Shown one piece after another: positions 6,166 through 8,399 of a DNA stretch of 8,399 nucleotides (position 1 is the stretch's first letter; each line of letters starts with the position of its first letter). A program made the position numbers and the translations under genes. The notes beneath the pieces were generated by a model. The model had not been told where the DNA came from. It worked only from the letters and a program-made list of their open reading frames with translations, and did no database searches. Location: sequence record OY723329.1, one strand, 5' to 3'.

Positions 6166-6870
6166 GATGCACACAATGGGAATGCCATCGCCGGAGACCA
6201 TATTCCTTACAGTGACCTTAGGAATATGAGTACGCGAAATCGGGGCAATTATGCCATTTACGGGTACCCCTAAAATGAGCACTTTTGGACCCCTTTTGGC
6301 ACCCCTTGGATCCCTTAGTGTACTGGTGGCATGTGCATATCCCCTGATGCCTCTTTATCGAGGGAATGGGGATACCTGCATACCATACAGTATCTGTGTT
6401 ACTAGTGGGTATCAGCACACCTCCCAAAACATGTCATTTCGTGACATGATCTAGTCGAGATGAGCGAATCCACTACTATTGCATATCATGGTGTAATGAG
6501 CTATACAGAGTACTACAGGTATTGGGGGTATCCCTAATGGCAGCATATGCCCCATTAGAGGTATGCACCATATCCCCTAGTATCCCTTACAGCGCATACC
6601 ATGTACAGGTACTCATTAGTAGTATAGAATGTGTATGTCATGACACCAAAACACATGTTTCGAGACATCTGAACACATGGTTTGCACGTATGATCATATA
6701 CAGTATCTAGTGATATACAGGATACTAGTAGTATGCACGGATGGTATGAGGGGTACGGGATACCCCTACATCATAGCCTAACAGCATACACTACGAGTAC
6801 TATGTATACCATGGATACTACATGTATACTACTACGGGTAGGTACTCATGAGCAGTATCATCATGTAAAT

Positions 6871-7727
6871 GCATGCATTTGATGACATGAAGTACTCATT
6901 ATGAGTAGGTATACACATCTAATACCACTAGTACAACAGCATACACACCATTAGTACCATGTATCCTATGGTATACAGTACATGGGGAGTATAGGTACCA
7001 TTACACCATGCAGAGGTGTATGGAGTACTATATGGTATATAGGGAGTATCCAGTAGTCACCAGATATCATGATATTGCATGCATTTGATGACATGAAAAC
7101 ACATGATTTGATGACATGAAGTACTCATTATGAGTAGGTATACACATCTAATACCACTAGTACAACAGCATACACACCATTAGTACCATGTATCCTATGG
7201 TATACAGTACATGGGGAGTATAGGTACCATTACACCATGCAGAGGTGTATGGAGTACTATATGGTATATAGGGAGTATCCAGTAGTCACCAGATATCATG
7301 ATATTGCATGCATTTGATGACATGAAAACACATGATTTGATGACATGAAGTACTCATTATGAGTAGGTATACACATCTAATACCACTAGTACAACAGCAT
7401 ACACACCATTAGTACCATGTATCCTATGGTATACAGTACATGGGGAGTATAGGTACCATTACACCATGCAGAGGTGTATGGAGTACTATATGGTATATAG
7501 GGAGTATCCAGTAGTCACCAGATATCATGATATTGCATGCATTTGATGACATGAAAACACATGATTTGATGACATGAAGTACTCGATATGTACTCATTAT
7601 GGGTACCACTAACACTAGTACTACAGCATATCCGTACAAGGGGAACCATAAGGATCCGCCCTTGCAGGTATTTGGGTACTATATGATGTATAGAGGGTAT
7701 CCAGTAGACACCAGATATCATGATATT
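6871..7727. repeat. 229-bp tandem satellite array (about 3.7 units) in macro-unit 2
   Basis: Units are phased on gcatgcatttgatgacatga. 6871-7076 is 206 bp and lacks one 23-bp gatgacatga+spacer. 7077-7305 and 7306-7534 are 229 bp each, with no differences seen. 7535-7727 is a 193-bp diverged variant equal to 4038-4230. A partial head follows from 7728. Confidence 0.93.
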
Positions 7728-7738
7728 GCATGCATTTG

Positions 7739-8003
7739 ATGACATGAAACACATGATTTGATGTACTCAGATTACATGATTATGGTGATATCCAGTACAT
7801 CACCAGATCCCTTAGACACCATGGGGATCACTACATATGCTATAAGGAGTACACATGCTCTGCATGGTACCTATATCATAGGGTAGGGTATATGCCCACG
7901 ATACCTATGGAGACCACATCCTCTAGATACATGGTATGTGCACAGAGGATGGTGCCATGGTATGAGGACCCCAAATGGGTCGAAATACATGTTTTAGGGG
8001 TCC
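7739..8003. repeat. Module M, copy 3 (unit-2 partner of copy 2)
   Basis: Matches 4242-4507 with a 1-bp A-run indel and one substitution (7889). Confidence 0.88.
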
Positions 8004-8050
8004 CAAAACATGTGTTGCGAGTAGGTATCGGCACGGGATTAGCACATCTA

Positions 8051-8162
8051 GGGCATTATGGAACCTGAGGAGATCACCTCCACAGGGAATGTCCCTTCGT
8101 GCATCCTGGGCTACCGAGAGGCCTACATGCAGTACCCCATATCCTCTAAGAGACCATTATGG
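8051..8162. repeat. Module E, copy f (unit-2 partner of copy d)
   Basis: Matches 4555-4666 at offset 3496 with one substitution (8097 t vs 4601 c). Confidence 0.9.
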
Positions 8163-8179
8163 AGGGTATTGGACAGGGC

Positions 8180-8286
8180 CCGAAACCCCCAAAATGAGTG
8201 ATTTGGGGTGCTCAAAACCATCGATTTTGGTGGTTTTGGCATGCAAAAAGGGTCGAAAACACCTCTTTTAGCCCCTTTTGCACATG
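8180..8286. repeat. A/T-cluster module, unit-2 copy of 4684-4790
   Basis: Identical at offset 3496. Confidence 0.78.
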
Positions 8287-8399
8287 GGAACACCACCCCA
8301 TATACTAAGGGGGATCCTTCGAGGGATACAGAACCCCCGAAACCCCTTAAAGATGGTGTGTGAGTACTCATGCATGTACCCTTTTAGCACCCTTTCTGA

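Larger units (their letters stand above)
4904..6923. repeat. Left arm of macro-unit 2 (pairs with 1-2045)
   Basis: Direct comparison with 1-2045. Seven ORF-track translations are identical between the two arms. Confidence 0.93.
4904..8399. repeat. Macro-repeat unit 2 (3,496 bp), shorter structural variant of unit 1
   Basis: Same arms as unit 1. It is 1,407 bp shorter, mostly because the core is 644 bp instead of 2,025 bp. It ends with gcaccctttctga (8387-8399), matching 4891-4903. Confidence 0.95.
7568..8399. repeat. Right arm of macro-unit 2 (pairs with 4071-4903)
   Basis: Direct comparison with 4071-4903. ORF translations 7975..8271 and 8123..8371 are identical to their unit-1 partners. 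Confidence 0.93.

Noticed and set aside
1-6923. The ~2-kb direct repeats 1-2045 and 4904-6923 as LTRs or IS copies flanking a mobile element.
   Set aside because: The right arms are duplicated too, and the right arm of unit 1 runs directly into the left arm of unit 2 (4071-6923), so the structure is a plain tandem. There are no gag/pol/transposase ORFs, terminal inverted repeats or target-site duplications.
6871-7727. A regular array that could be mistaken for a CRISPR locus.
   Set aside because: The units are 229 bp and contiguous with no unique spacers. There is no 25-40-bp repeat/spacer alternation and no cas-like ORF anywhere.
1-8399. The ~45 ORFs of 61-121 aa in the six-frame track, considered as protein-coding genes.
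   Set aside because: None exceeds 121 aa. They overlap extensively on both strands (for example 48..293 minus with 55..345 plus). Translations are low-complexity by-products of the repeats. Non-3n indels between the two ~99% identical units shift or truncate them without consequence. No start context or operon-like organisation is visible.
1-8399. Prokaryotic regulatory elements (sigma-70 promoters, RBS, rho-independent terminators) and a hidden defence or metabolic system.
   Set aside because: With no supportable gene there is nothing for such elements to regulate. The hairpins present are repeat-internal palindromes not followed by T-runs in a terminator configuration. I found no evidence of any protein-coding system in this window.

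Overview
The 8,399-bp window is non-coding, highly structured repetitive DNA. It holds exactly two head-to-tail copies of one macro-repeat: unit 1 = 1-4903 and unit 2 = 4904-8399. The arms of the two units (1-2045 vs 4904-6923; 4071-4903 vs 7568-8399) are about 99% identical by eye. The cores differ radically: unit 1 has a 2,025-bp composite core, while unit 2 has 644 bp of a homogenised 229-bp tandem satellite. Nested inside are several repeat layers: 22-bp repeats of alternating A4/T4 tracts phased at about 11 bp, a 229-bp CATG/GTAC-rich satellite, a ~265-bp module present three times, and a 127-bp hairpin-rich module present six times. No ORF exceeds 121 aa, ORFs overlap on both strands, and unit-to-unit indels of 1, 9, 23 and 34 bp plus a 14-bp inversion ignore reading frames. 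I therefore call no CDS. I see no rRNA, tRNA, CRISPR array, transposase or other gene system. The sequence looks like a eukaryotic heterochromatic complex satellite or macrosatellite rather than a gene-bearing prokaryotic locus, but the source taxon cannot be determined from the sequence alone. All identities and counts come from manual comparison, not computed alignments.
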